Shown here one piece after another: positions 7,433 through 16,605 of a stretch of 64,000 nt of DNA. Position 1 is the first letter of the stretch. Each line of letters begins with the position of its first letter. The stretch comes from Planctomycetota bacterium. Lineage in GTDB: Bacteria; Planctomycetota; UBA1135; GCA-002686595. The position numbers were made by a program, and so were the translations under genes. Location: positions 337,938-401,937 of the forward strand of contig DASYPQ010000022.1 in assembly GCA_036006425.1 (NCBI GenBank), in the 5' to 3' direction. The notes beneath the pieces were generated by a model. It saw only the letters and a program-made list of their open reading frames with translations, did no database searches and was not told where the DNA came from.

Positions 7433-10400
7433 TCAGGGCAGCCAGCTCACTCGGTACGCGTTCGACGAGTTGAACGTTCCACCCGGAGGAGTCGGGCAGA
7501 AGGTCGCGCTCGGGTCGCGGTAGTACGTCTGGTAGATGCGGATCTGGCCCGCCTGGATCGTGTCGCCGAGTGCGGCGGAACGCGCCGACACCGACGGCTC
7601 GGCGCCCTGCGGCGCGACGACGACGCCGCCGCTCGCGCTCTTCGCGTACAGCCTCTTCAGCGATCCGCCCGCGCAGCGCAGACCGTCGCCGAAGTGCACC
7701 GGCGCGATCTCCAGGTTGCCCTGGAGGAAGATCGTGAACGCAGTCGGGCGCTCGCCCGAGGCCGTGAACACGAGCGTGTCGGCGGAGAGACTCGGCGTTC
7801 CCGTGACCGTGAGCTGCGCTCCGCCGCTGCCGCCCGAGTTCTCGCAGCCGTGACCGGCCGCGCCGTTGTTCGCGCACGGGCAGGCGGCGCCGGTTCCGTC
7901 GCCGAAGCAGAACGGAGTCATTCCCTGCTCGCATTCGTCGGGGATTCCGTTGCCGTTCGAGTCGATGCTGGTGCCCCCGGTGATGTCGCACGAGTCCGGG
8001 ATCTGGTTCCCGTTGCAATCGGGCGCACCCTGAGCGATCGCGCAGGCGTCGCCGACGTGGTCGCCGTCGCAGTCCTGCTGGCCCGGATTCGAGAGGTTCG
8101 GGCAGTTGTCGCACGCGTCGCCGACACCGTCGCCGTCCGCGTCCTGCTGGCCGGGGTTCGCTACGCCATCGCAGTTGTCGATGCAGTCGGCGACGCCGTC
8201 GCCGTCCGCGTCCGTGTCGGGGACGCCGCACCCGCACTGGCCGGGCGAAGTCTTCAGCGGATCGTTCGGGCAGCCGTCGATGCAGTTCGCGACGCCGTCG
8301 CCGTCCGTGTCGATGTCCGGGACTCCGCAGCCGCACTGGCCCGGAGCGATCTTGTTCGGATCGTTCGGGCACCCGTCGTTGCAGTTCGCGACACCGTCGC
8401 CGTCGCTGTCCGTGTCGGGCACGCCGCAGCCGCATTGGCCGGGCGCGATCTTCGCCGGATCGAAGGGGCAGCCGTCGCTCGAGTCCGGCGTGCCGTCGTT
8501 GTCGTCGTCGGAATCGCACGCATCGCCCAGCGCGTCGCCGTCGTTGTTCGCCTGGTTCGAGTTCGCGATGAACTGGCAGTTGTCGGCGCCGTCCGGGACG
8601 CCGTCGTTGTCGTCGTCGGAGTCGCAGACGTCACCTTGCGCATCCCCGTCGTTGTTCGCCTGGTCGGGATTGGCGACGTTCGGGCAGTTGTCCGACCCGT
8701 CCGGGATCCCGTCGCCGTCGCTGTCCTGGCTCGCGGCGTGGTAGAGGATCTCGACGTCGTCGATCGCCCAGCCGCCGAGCTGCAGACCGCCGTCCGTGCG
8801 GAGCTGGAACTCAAGCTGCGCCGCGGAGTTGTTGTCCGCGAGCGCGCCGAGCTCGACTTCCTGCGTCGACCAGCTCGTGTCGAGGACGTGCGAGCCGGTC
8901 GGGTTCGTCCACGCCTGCACGCCGTTGACGAGGATCGGCGACTGGTCGTAGATCCCCTGCTCGACCGTCAACCAGCGCTTGAAGCGCAGGCGCGTGCCCC
9001 ACTTCGCGCTCAGGTTGATCGTCGGCGAGCGCAGGCGGTTGTGCACGTTCGCACCGTACGCGCCGAGCGGAGTGGAACCGCTGATCCCGAGGTCGTTCGC
9101 CCAGCAGCGCGTCGGGCTCGAGGCGGACGCGGGGTCGCTCCACGCAACACCCTGCGAGGAGCCGCTGCGTCCGGCGGGGGCGCCGTGCTGCCAGTCGTCC
9201 TCCGAGTTGCTCGTGTCCCCGTAGGTCGCGTGCGTCCAGCCGTTGTCGTTCGCGGTCTCGAAGTTGTCGAGGTAGGTCGACGTCAGGACGCCGACCGCGA
9301 AGGCGAGCGTCGTGCCCGGAGCCCCCGTGGGGAAGGTGACGGTGTGGCCGCCGCTGTCGGTCGCCGTCACGTAGTAGTCGATGCGCGCTCCGCCGAGCTG
9401 TCCCGGGATCGACGCCTGGTAGACGTTGCCGCCCTGGTTCGCCATCGCGAGGGAAGTGAACGCGGCGTTGTTGCGGCGGTAGCGCAGCGTCGTCGCCGTC
9501 AGCGGCGGCGAACTCTGCGCGACGATCGTCGCCGACACGACGTAGGGGCCGGTCTCGTTCGAGGTGTCGGGCAGGTCGGTGACGTTCGTGATCGAGATCG
9601 TCGGCAGCGTGAACCCGGGGAAGCCCTGGTCGCGGAATCCGGAGTCGATGTCGGTGAAGTGCGGCGTCCCGTTGTTGATGTTGCCGTCGTTGTCGTCGAG
9701 CGTCAGCCACTGCGTCTCGATGATCGAGCGGATCTGCGTCTGGTTGTAGCCGTTCATCCAGCCCAGGAAGATGTTGTTCGCGATCAGGTCCCCCGCCGCG
9801 TTGCCGTTCGTGACGTTGAGGCGCGCGCGGATCTTCCAGGCGGCGCCCATCCACGGCTCGCCGTCGGCGTGGACCTCGCCGTAGCAGGCCGGGCAGCAGT
9901 CGCCGCAGAACATGCGCGTGTTGTTGCCGTCGCGCACGTTACAGCCCGTGCCGCAGAAGTCCTGGCCGCAGATCGGAGTGTCGTACGAGTACATCGACCA
10001 GACGTCGGCGTTGCCCTCGCCCATACCGTCGCCGCCATTGCCCGTGCTGTACCGGTCGTTGAGCCAGTGGCCCATCTCGTGCGCGATGACGGTCGAATAC
10101 GCCGTGTTCGGGCAGTTGCCGCCGGCGGCGTAGAAGTTGAGCGAGCCGCCGTCGTAGAACGCGTTGCAAGTCTGGGCCAGGTTGACGTTCGCCGTCGCGA
10201 CGAAATCGGCGGTGGCGTCGGCGGGATTGATGGAGCGGACCCAGTCGCGCAGGTGGTTCACGCCGATGAACGCGTTCGCCTGCGAGGTCACGGTGCCCGG
10301 AGCGGCGGGGTTCATCGTGATCGGGTTCGCCTGGTTCGGCTGGAGCGTCTGCGTCAGCGTGTAGTTGGCGCCCGCGGCGTTCAGGACGTTGTTGAACGTC

Positions 10401-11326
10401 CCGACGTACGTGAAGGTGCACGCGAGCGGCGAGTTGACGCCGGGATAGTTGAAGTTGCCGTTCGCGTCCGTGAACACGGTGCCCTGCGAGCTCGTCACGC
10501 GCGCGTAGCGCATGATCTGCGACGTCTCGGGGTTCGAAGGGACGTCGGGCGCGAGCCCGGGCGACGCGAGGCTGCTCACCGTGCCGCCGACGTCGAACTC
10601 GTGCACCGTCGCCTCGCGGCGCAGGACGCGGCCGTCGAGGGCGTCGACCCAGTAGTTGAATCCGATCGGGACGATCCCCGGATCGACCCGGCGCACGTCG
10701 ATCTGCCAGGCGAGGCGGCCCTCGCGGCGCTTCCCGACGAGCGTCTGGTCGATCACGAGCTGGCCCGTCGAGGCTTCCGTGGGCTCGAGGTGCTCGTCCT
10801 CGAGGAACTTCGCGCGGGCGACCGCCTCCGCGGCGAGCGGCGCGTAGACCGGGCGGACGCGGAAGCCCTCGAGCTTCGGGAGCGCGGTCGACTGGACGGA
10901 GAGGAGACGACCCTGCGCGTCGAAGAGCACGTTGACGAATCCGCCGACGACGGGGACGCCGCCGACCGACTGGCGCAGGCGCACCGTGTACTTGTCGCTC
11001 GATCCGATCTGCCCCAGCGGGAGGAACTGCACGCGCTCCTGGCCGAGCGTCACCGCGTCGATCCCGAGCAGCTCGGTCGCGTCCTCGATCGCGCGCCGCG
11101 CGAGCCGCGCGAAATCGGCGTCCTCGCGGGGCGCGAACGCGGCCGGCGCGCTGCCGCCGTAGAGCATCTTCGCGAAGCCGGTCTCCGGATCCGGCTCGAC
11201 GCGCCATTCCGCGCCGCGACTCGTCTTCCAGCGCGCGAGGGCTTCGCCGTCACCCGGCGCGGCCTGGAGGAGCGGCGCCGAGGCGCAGGAAACGACCAGG
11301 AAACGAACGAAAGCGCGTGTCGTCAT
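7433..11326 (-). CDS. large secreted zinc metalloprotease: propeptide-like N-domain, HExxH catalytic domain, lectin/MAM-like domain, thrombospondin type-3 repeats, Cys-rich C-terminal module
   Basis: Signal peptide MTTRAFVRFLVVSCASAPLLQA. FTP/PepSY-like segment. VIAHEMGHWLNDRY zinc motif. Many D.D.DG..D..D.C calcium-binding TSP3 repeats. Terminal CFGDGTGAACPCANNGAAGHGCENS... module. Confidence 0.8.
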   Translation of the reverse strand: MTTRAFVRFLVVSCASAPLLQAAPGDGEALARWKTSRGAEWRVEPDPETGFAKMLYGGSAPAAFAPREDADFARLARRAIEDATELLGIDAVTLGQERVQFLPLGQIGSSDKYTVRLRQSVGGVPVVGGFVNVLFDAQGRLLSVQSTALPKLEGFRVRPVYAPLAAEAVARAKFLEDEHLEPTEASTGQLVIDQTLVGKRREGRLAWQIDVRRVDPGIVPIGFNYWVDALDGRVLRREATVHEFDVGGTVSSLASPGLAPDVPSNPETSQIMRYARVTSSQGTVFTDANGNFNYPGVNSPLACTFTYVGTFNNVLNAAGANYTLTQTLQPNQANPITMNPAAPGTVTSQANAFIGVNHLRDWVRSINPADATADFVATANVNLAQTCNAFYDGGSLNFYAAGGNCPNTAYSTVIAHEMGHWLNDRYSTGNGGDGMGEGNADVWSMYSYDTPICGQDFCGTGCNVRDGNNTRMFCGDCCPACYGEVHADGEPWMGAAWKIRARLNVTNGNAAGDLIANNIFLGWMNGYNQTQIRSIIETQWLTLDDNDGNINNGTPHFTDIDSGFRDQGFPGFTLPTISITNVTDLPDTSNETGPYVVSATIVAQSSPPLTATTLRYRRNNAAFTSLAMANQGGNVYQASIPGQLGGARIDYYVTATDSGGHTVTFPTGAPGTTLAFAVGVLTSTYLDNFETANDNGWTHATYGDTSNSEDDWQHGAPAGRSGSSQGVAWSDPASASSPTRCWANDLGISGSTPLGAYGANVHNRLRSPTINLSAKWGTRLRFKRWLTVEQGIYDQSPILVNGVQAWTNPTGSHVLDTSWSTQEVELGALADNNSAAQLEFQLRTDGGLQLGGWAIDDVEILYHAASQDSDGDGIPDGSDNCPNVANPDQANNDGDAQGDVCDSDDDNDGVPDGADNCQFIANSNQANNDGDALGDACDSDDDNDGTPDSSDGCPFDPAKIAPGQCGCGVPDTDSDGDGVANCNDGCPNDPNKIAPGQCGCGVPDIDTDGDGVANCIDGCPNDPLKTSPGQCGCGVPDTDADGDGVADCIDNCDGVANPGQQDADGDGVGDACDNCPNLSNPGQQDCDGDHVGDACAIAQGAPDCNGNQIPDSCDITGGTSIDSNGNGIPDECEQGMTPFCFGDGTGAACPCANNGAAGHGCENSGGSGGAQLTVTGTPSLSADTLVFTASGERPTAFTIFLQGNLEIAPVHFGDGLRCAGGSLKRLYAKSASGGVVVAPQGAEPSVSARSAALGDTIQAGQIRIYQTYYRDPSATFCPTPPGGTFNSSNAYRVSWLP
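8183..8479 (-). repeat. three in-frame tandem 99-bp (33-aa) modules inside the protease gene
   Basis: DGCP(F/N)DP.K..PGQCGCGVPD.D.DGDGVA(N/D)C(N/I) repeated three times with an exact 99-nt period (units 8183-8281, 8282-8380, 8381-8479). Confidence 0.85.
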
Positions 11327-11454
11327 GGCGGCAGAGGGGGGGAATGGGGACGCCGGAGCTTCGCGACGAGAGAGGGCCGGCCCAGTATACCCCTCTCGAG
11401 AAACCGCGTGGGCGCCCGATCGCCCTCTTGACCGCGCACCGTCGCTCCTCCTGA

Positions 11455-13695
11455 ATGCGCGCCGTGCTCGTCTACTTCGGCGTCTTCCTCGTCGCCCTGT
11501 CGGGGTTGATGTTCGAGATCGGGCTCACGCGGATCTTCTCCGCGACGATCTGGTACCACTTCGCGTTCGTCGCGATCTCGGTCGCGCTGCTCGGCTGGGG
11601 CCTCGGCGGACTCGTGATGCAGCAATGGAAGCGGCGCTGGCAGCCGACTCTCGACGGCGCCGCGTGGCTCTCGCTCGCCTACGCCGCGTCGATCCCGCTG
11701 TGCCTCGGCCTCATCGTGCGGTTCCCGTTCCGGCAGGAGCTCTTGCCGCTGTACTTCTGCGCGTCGCTCCTCCCCTTCCTCCTCGGCGGGATGGTGCTCT
11801 CGGCGGCGTTCGACATCGGCAGGCGGAATGCGCCGAAGCTGTACTTCGCGGATCTCACGGGGGCGTCGCTCGGCGCGCTCGCGGTCACGTTCCTCCTCTC
11901 CTGGCTCGGAGGCGAGACCGCGGTGCTCGCCGTGGCGCTCGCGCCCGCCGTCGCCGCGGCCTGTTTCTCGCCGAAGCGCATCGCGATCGCGTCGATCGCC
12001 GTCGTGATCGTGGGAGCGGCCGTCGCCGTGAACGAGCGCACCGGCCTCTTCCGCATACACAGCGCGCCGACGAAGGGGATGTACCAGCATCTCGCCGCGA
12101 ATCCGGGCACTTCCGTCACGCAGACGGGCTGGAACGCCTACTCGCGCATCGACGCCGTCGAGGGTTTCGAGAAGCCGTACCTCGCGCGCCTCTACATCGA
12201 CTCGGACGCGTGGACGAACGTCCTGCGCGCGGAGGTCGAGACGGATCGCGTGCACCCGATGCGCACCTGGTACCGCGCGCTCCCCTTCCAGCTCACCCGC
12301 GAGCCCGAGGTGCTCGTCATCGGTCCGGGTGGCGGCTCCGACGTGCGCGTGTCGCTCGCCTCCGGCGCGAAGCGCGTCACCGCCGTCGAGCTGAACCCTT
12401 TGATGCTCGAGTTCGTGCGCCACTACGGCGCCGCAGCGGGGAACCTGTACGACCTCCCCCGGGTCGACGTGTTCCTCGGCGAAGGACGCAACTACGTCAG
12501 CCGTTGCGACCGGAAGTTCGACGTGATCTTCCTCGGATTCGTCGACTCGTGGGCGTCGGTGTCGTCGGGCGGGCTCTCGCTCTCCGAGAACTACCTGTAC
12601 ACGGTCGAGGCGTTCCGCGCGTACTACGACCATCTCACCGACGACGGAATGCTCGTCATCCTGCGTTGGGGCATCGACATCCCGCGCCTCGTCACGAACT
12701 CCGTGGCGCTGCTCGGCGCGCCCGACGCGTCGTCGCGGATCGTCGCGCTGCTCGAGAAGGAGCACGGGCCCGGCGATCCGCCGCAGATGACGTTCATGCT
12801 CAAGAAGCGCCCGTTCACGGAGAGCGAGACGAAGGAGATCCACGAGTCGTGGACGTCCGCGCTGCCGGTGATCGTGCCCGGGCGCCACGTCGAGCCGCCG
12901 TACGACGGGCTCTTGTCGGGCGCCGTCTCGCTCCCGCAGTTCGCCCGCGACGCGCGCGACATCGTCGATCCCGTGTTCGACGACAGCCCCTTCTACTTCG
13001 CGACCGAGCGCCCGATCGGGCTCCCGCCGATCATCACGAAGGCTCTGGTCGAGCTCCTGGCGATCGGGCTGGCGCTGTTCGCGGTCTTCGCGTGGCGCGG
13101 CCGGCCGAAGCACGGCGGCTCGAGCTCCTACACCGCGTCGCTCGCCTACTTCGGCTGCCTCGGATTCGGATTCATCGCCGTCGAGCTCTCGCTGATGCAG
13201 CGCCTGATCCTCCTCCTCGGGCACCCGATCTTCACGCTCGCGGTGCTGCTCTTCACGCTGCTCGCGTCGAGCGGCGTCGGCAGCTGGATGAGCGGACGCA
13301 TCTCCGTGCGGCGCGCGTGCATCACGGTCGCCGTGCTCGCGCTGCTCTACACGTTCGCCCTGCCGCCGCTCGTCGTCCTCCTGCTCCCGCTGCCGCTCGC
13401 CGCGCGGATCGCGGCGACGGTCGTGCTCGTGGCGCCGCTCGGGTTCGTGATGGGCATGCCGTTCCCCCAGGGCCTCCGCAGCGCGGGCCGCGGGCCGCTG
13501 CCGGCGCCTCCTTTCTATTGGGGGCTGAACGGGATCATGAGCGTCGTCGGGTCCGGATCGACGATGCTGATCGCCGTGACGCTCGGATTCCGGGCGGCGA
13601 TGCTCGCCGGAGTCCTCTGCTACGCGATCGCCGCGTGGGCGTCGAAGCGCGTCTCAGAGGCAGAAGTCGACGTGCAGCCCGTTGGTCAGGCCTAG
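11455..13695 (+). CDS. polytopic membrane protein with central spermidine/spermine synthase-like methyltransferase-fold domain
   Basis: N- and C-terminal multi-TM regions flank VLVIGPGGGSDVRVSLASGAKRVTAVELNP...FDVIFLGFVDSW...LTDDGMLVI (SpeE-like Rossmann fold). Confidence 0.7.
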   Translation: MRAVLVYFGVFLVALSGLMFEIGLTRIFSATIWYHFAFVAISVALLGWGLGGLVMQQWKRRWQPTLDGAAWLSLAYAASIPLCLGLIVRFPFRQELLPLYFCASLLPFLLGGMVLSAAFDIGRRNAPKLYFADLTGASLGALAVTFLLSWLGGETAVLAVALAPAVAAACFSPKRIAIASIAVVIVGAAVAVNERTGLFRIHSAPTKGMYQHLAANPGTSVTQTGWNAYSRIDAVEGFEKPYLARLYIDSDAWTNVLRAEVETDRVHPMRTWYRALPFQLTREPEVLVIGPGGGSDVRVSLASGAKRVTAVELNPLMLEFVRHYGAAAGNLYDLPRVDVFLGEGRNYVSRCDRKFDVIFLGFVDSWASVSSGGLSLSENYLYTVEAFRAYYDHLTDDGMLVILRWGIDIPRLVTNSVALLGAPDASSRIVALLEKEHGPGDPPQMTFMLKKRPFTESETKEIHESWTSALPVIVPGRHVEPPYDGLLSGAVSLPQFARDARDIVDPVFDDSPFYFATERPIGLPPIITKALVELLAIGLALFAVFAWRGRPKHGGSSSYTASLAYFGCLGFGFIAVELSLMQRLILLLGHPIFTLAVLLFTLLASSGVGSWMSGRISVRRACITVAVLALLYTFALPPLVVLLLPLPLAARIAATVVLVAPLGFVMGMPFPQGLRSAGRGPLPAPPFYWGLNGIMSVVGSGSTMLIAVTLGFRAAMLAGVLCYAIAAWASKRVSEAEVDVQPVGQA

Positions 13696-15717
13696 GCTCG
13701 CCTGCGCCTGGACGTCGCGGAACACCGCCTGGTAGTGGAGCTCCGTGCCCGCCATCCCCGGCGTCACGTGGATCGGGATCGTCGCGCTCCCCGTCGCGTC
13801 GAACTGGAACGTGCTGACGCGCGTGAGCGGACTCGCGAGGTAGAGGAACGCCCCCGCGAACGGCGTCGTCGCCGGGCCGTCGCTGCTGAAGAGCACGGCG
13901 AGCACGCCAGCCTTCGCGTTCCAGATCTCCACCGCGAAATCGTTCACGGCGACCGTCGGCGAGCCGCTGGAGAAGAGACGTGGGTACCCGCCTGCCGCGA
14001 GCCGCTTCGAGACGCCGTAGGGAACGGGCGAGCGGCACGCCCCGGCCACGAGGTCGATCGTCCGCGTGCCCATGAGGACGGGCGCGCTCTTCCCGGCGAA
14101 GACCCACTGGTCGTACGCGAGCTGTCCGAGGTTGTCGGTCGTGTCCGTGTCGCGGATGAACTCGATGTACTCGCGCGACGTCGTCTGATGGTACACGTCG
14201 ACGACGGCGGTGACGGCTCCGGCTGGCGCCGTGTAGAGCGTGTCGTCCCAGTACTGCTGCTCCTCGACGACGACGCCGACGGGCTTCGCCTGGACCGAAT
14301 CGAACGCGGCGTTGCTGAAACCGCGCGGCGGGATCCGGTTGTCGAGGACGGTGGTGTTGTTCAGCGTGAAGTGGAAGCTCGCGCCCTGCGGCACTCCGGT
14401 CGCGGCCGCCATCGCCGCGTCGAGGCCCTGCCGGATCTCGTACACCTTCGTGTCCGCGGTCGTCAGCGTCGCGGTCGCGGAGTCGTAGGCACCGCGCTCG
14501 CCCACGAGCGCCCCCTGGGCATCGAGGAAGCGGACGTGGATCCACATCCGCCGCCCCTCGCCGTAGCCGGTCGGCAGCTTGTGCCCGCTCTGGTTCACGA
14601 TCCGCACGCCGAGATCCGTGCCGATGGTGTAGAGCTCGAGATCGAGCGCGCGCGCGAGCATGTCGGCGTTGCGCGCGTGCGCGTCGGCGACCGACTGCGT
14701 CGAGAGCCCCGACTCGCTGTCGGGGTAGAGGTTGCGGACGGCGTCGAGCACCCACGAGTTCGCGCCCTGGAAGTCGTGCAGCGGGAGGTCCGTCCTCACG
14801 GCACCGCCGAGCACGGGTTGGCACGCCGTGCCCGTCGTCTTCGGCATGTGGCAGTCCTGGCACGTGCTGACCGTCGGCGCGGTGCCGCCGAAGCGTCCGT
14901 TCGTGTCGATCGGCGCCTGCGCGTAGACGCTCTGCTCCCACTCGCCGAACGTGCGCTCGATCGGGAACTCGTCCCGCTTGTCGTGCGTGGGATGCTGCGC
15001 GTGGAAGGCGTTCAACGCGTAGGTCCCGTCGGGCTGGCGCGAGAACTGCGGATTGCTGACTTCGTGGCACGTGGCGCAGAGCAGCGACTCGCGGTGGAAG
15101 GGCGACGGCAGCCAGTCGTGCAGGAAGAAGTTCGGCCCGAGGTCGAACGGTCCGCGGCGCACGTCGGCGGGATCGACGACCATCTGGCCGTTGCCGATGC
15201 TGAACGGGACGAGCGGGAGCGCCGCGAGGATCTGCTGGTCGATCGGCGGGCTCGCGCCGGCCTCGTAGAACGGATCGACGAGACGGTGGCAGACGTGGCA
15301 GTTCGTGCCGTCGAAATCGCCCTGCGCGTTGTCGAGAGCTCCGCCGTCCGGCTGACCGCGTCCTCCGAGGAACCCGCCGGGCGCGTGGCAGCGGAGGCAC
15401 AGGTAGCCCGCGCCGTTCATGTCCTGGTTCGCGATCGCGAGCGTCGCGCGGAACACCGGATCGCGGATGGACTGCGCCATGAGACTCGCGGCCCAGCGCG
15501 TGTACGGCTCCTGGTCGACGTCGTAGCCGCCGTGGCAGACCTGGCAATTCGACGACGGCAGGATCGGCTGCGCGTTCGGATCCGTGAGGCTGCTGCCGGG
15601 CTGGCGGAAGTCGCTGATCGAGGTCGGCAGCGGCAACGAGGAGACCGCGTGCGCGGCGGCGAACGCCAGCGCGGAGAGGACGACGGCCGACGGAGCGAGG
15701 AGGCGAGGGGAACTCAC
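13654..15717 (-). CDS. secreted multihaem (five CxxCH) cytochrome c with non-haem C-terminal beta-rich domain
   Basis: Signal peptide MSSPRLLAPSAVVLSALAFAAAHA. Haem motifs CQVCH, CLRCH, CHVCH, CATCH, CQDCH. Its 3' end overlaps the convergent upstream gene by 42 nt. Confidence 0.75.
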   Translation of the reverse strand: MSSPRLLAPSAVVLSALAFAAAHAVSSLPLPTSISDFRQPGSSLTDPNAQPILPSSNCQVCHGGYDVDQEPYTRWAASLMAQSIRDPVFRATLAIANQDMNGAGYLCLRCHAPGGFLGGRGQPDGGALDNAQGDFDGTNCHVCHRLVDPFYEAGASPPIDQQILAALPLVPFSIGNGQMVVDPADVRRGPFDLGPNFFLHDWLPSPFHRESLLCATCHEVSNPQFSRQPDGTYALNAFHAQHPTHDKRDEFPIERTFGEWEQSVYAQAPIDTNGRFGGTAPTVSTCQDCHMPKTTGTACQPVLGGAVRTDLPLHDFQGANSWVLDAVRNLYPDSESGLSTQSVADAHARNADMLARALDLELYTIGTDLGVRIVNQSGHKLPTGYGEGRRMWIHVRFLDAQGALVGERGAYDSATATLTTADTKVYEIRQGLDAAMAAATGVPQGASFHFTLNNTTVLDNRIPPRGFSNAAFDSVQAKPVGVVVEEQQYWDDTLYTAPAGAVTAVVDVYHQTTSREYIEFIRDTDTTDNLGQLAYDQWVFAGKSAPVLMGTRTIDLVAGACRSPVPYGVSKRLAAGGYPRLFSSGSPTVAVNDFAVEIWNAKAGVLAVLFSSDGPATTPFAGAFLYLASPLTRVSTFQFDATGSATIPIHVTPGMAGTELHYQAVFRDVQAQASLGLTNGLHVDFCL

Positions 15718-15777
15718 GCCAGGCCGGATTCTCCCCCCGCGAATTCGCTGGAGGAAGGGGGAAAACGAGAGGCCGCG

Positions 15778-16569
15778 TCAGCGGGCGTCTTCGTCGGGGC
15801 GTAGGACCTTCTCCAAGACCTCGAGCGGATCGTTGTGCGAGTGCGTGAAGCCGCGCCGCCGTTCCTCCGCGACCGTCGCCTCGGACCGGAACGCGGCGAT
15901 GTACGCCCGCCGCCAGCCGTCCGTCGTGTTCCCGCCGGATCCGTGGATCGTGCGCTCGTGATGCACCGTCGCGTCGCCGCGCCGGATCTCGGCGGCGACG
16001 ATGCGGTCGGTCCGCTCGTCGACGTCGGCGACCAGCGTGTGCGACCGGTCGCGATCGCCCTTCATCGGGCGGTGCGGGCGCAGCTTCGGCTCCTTGTGGG
16101 AGCCCGCGACGAAGCGCATGCACCCGTTCGCGACCGTCGCGTCGTCGAGCGCGAGCCAGAACGACGCCGTCCGCGTGTCGGGCGTCACCGGCCAGTACCC
16201 GAGATCCTGGTGCCAGTGGAACACGGCGTCCGGCTTCCGCGGCCGCTTCGCGACGAGCTGGTCGTAGTCGAGCACCATGTCGCTCCCCCACAGCTGCTCC
16301 GCGATCGACGCCGCGCGGCGTTCGTACACGTTGTCCTTCCATCCGGGGAAGTAGCGCCGCGGCAGCATCACGTTGACGATCGCGAACTCCGCGAAAGGCT
16401 TCTGGTAGTCGGCCGACATGTCGCAGAAGTCGCGACCCGGCACGGGGATCTCGCGCGCGAGGAAACGCTCGTACACGGCCTCGATCGCGCGCACCTCGTC
16501 CTCGGCGAGCACGCCCGGCAGATGGAGCCACCCTTCGCCCCGGAAGCGCGCGATCTCCTCGTCGCTCAG
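15778..16569 (-). CDS. phytanoyl-CoA dioxygenase (PhyH) family Fe(II)/2-oxoglutarate oxygenase; start codon uncertain
   Basis: HWHQDLGYWP and the C-terminal His region of PhyH. The conserved N-terminus YRLSDEEIARFRGEGWLHLPGVL lies upstream of the first canonical start (GTG 16512). The only candidate start there is CTG at 16569. Confidence 0.7.
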   Translation of the reverse strand: MSDEEIARFRGEGWLHLPGVLAEDEVRAIEAVYERFLAREIPVPGRDFCDMSADYQKPFAEFAIVNVMLPRRYFPGWKDNVYERRAASIAEQLWGSDMVLDYDQLVAKRPRKPDAVFHWHQDLGYWPVTPDTRTASFWLALDDATVANGCMRFVAGSHKEPKLRPHRPMKGDRDRSHTLVADVDERTDRIVAAEIRRGDATVHHERTIHGSGGNTTDGWRRAYIAAFRSEATVAEERRRGFTHSHNDPLEVLEKVLRPDEDAR

Positions 16570-16605
16570 CCGGTACTCGTGCCCTCGCGACGTCCCACGG
16601 CGCCC

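Noticed and set aside
8100-8760. Highly repetitive GC-rich DNA that could be taken for a non-coding VNTR or low-complexity region.
   Set aside because: It is in frame and encodes canonical thrombospondin type-3 calcium-binding repeats (D.D.DG..D..D.C) within the protease ORF.
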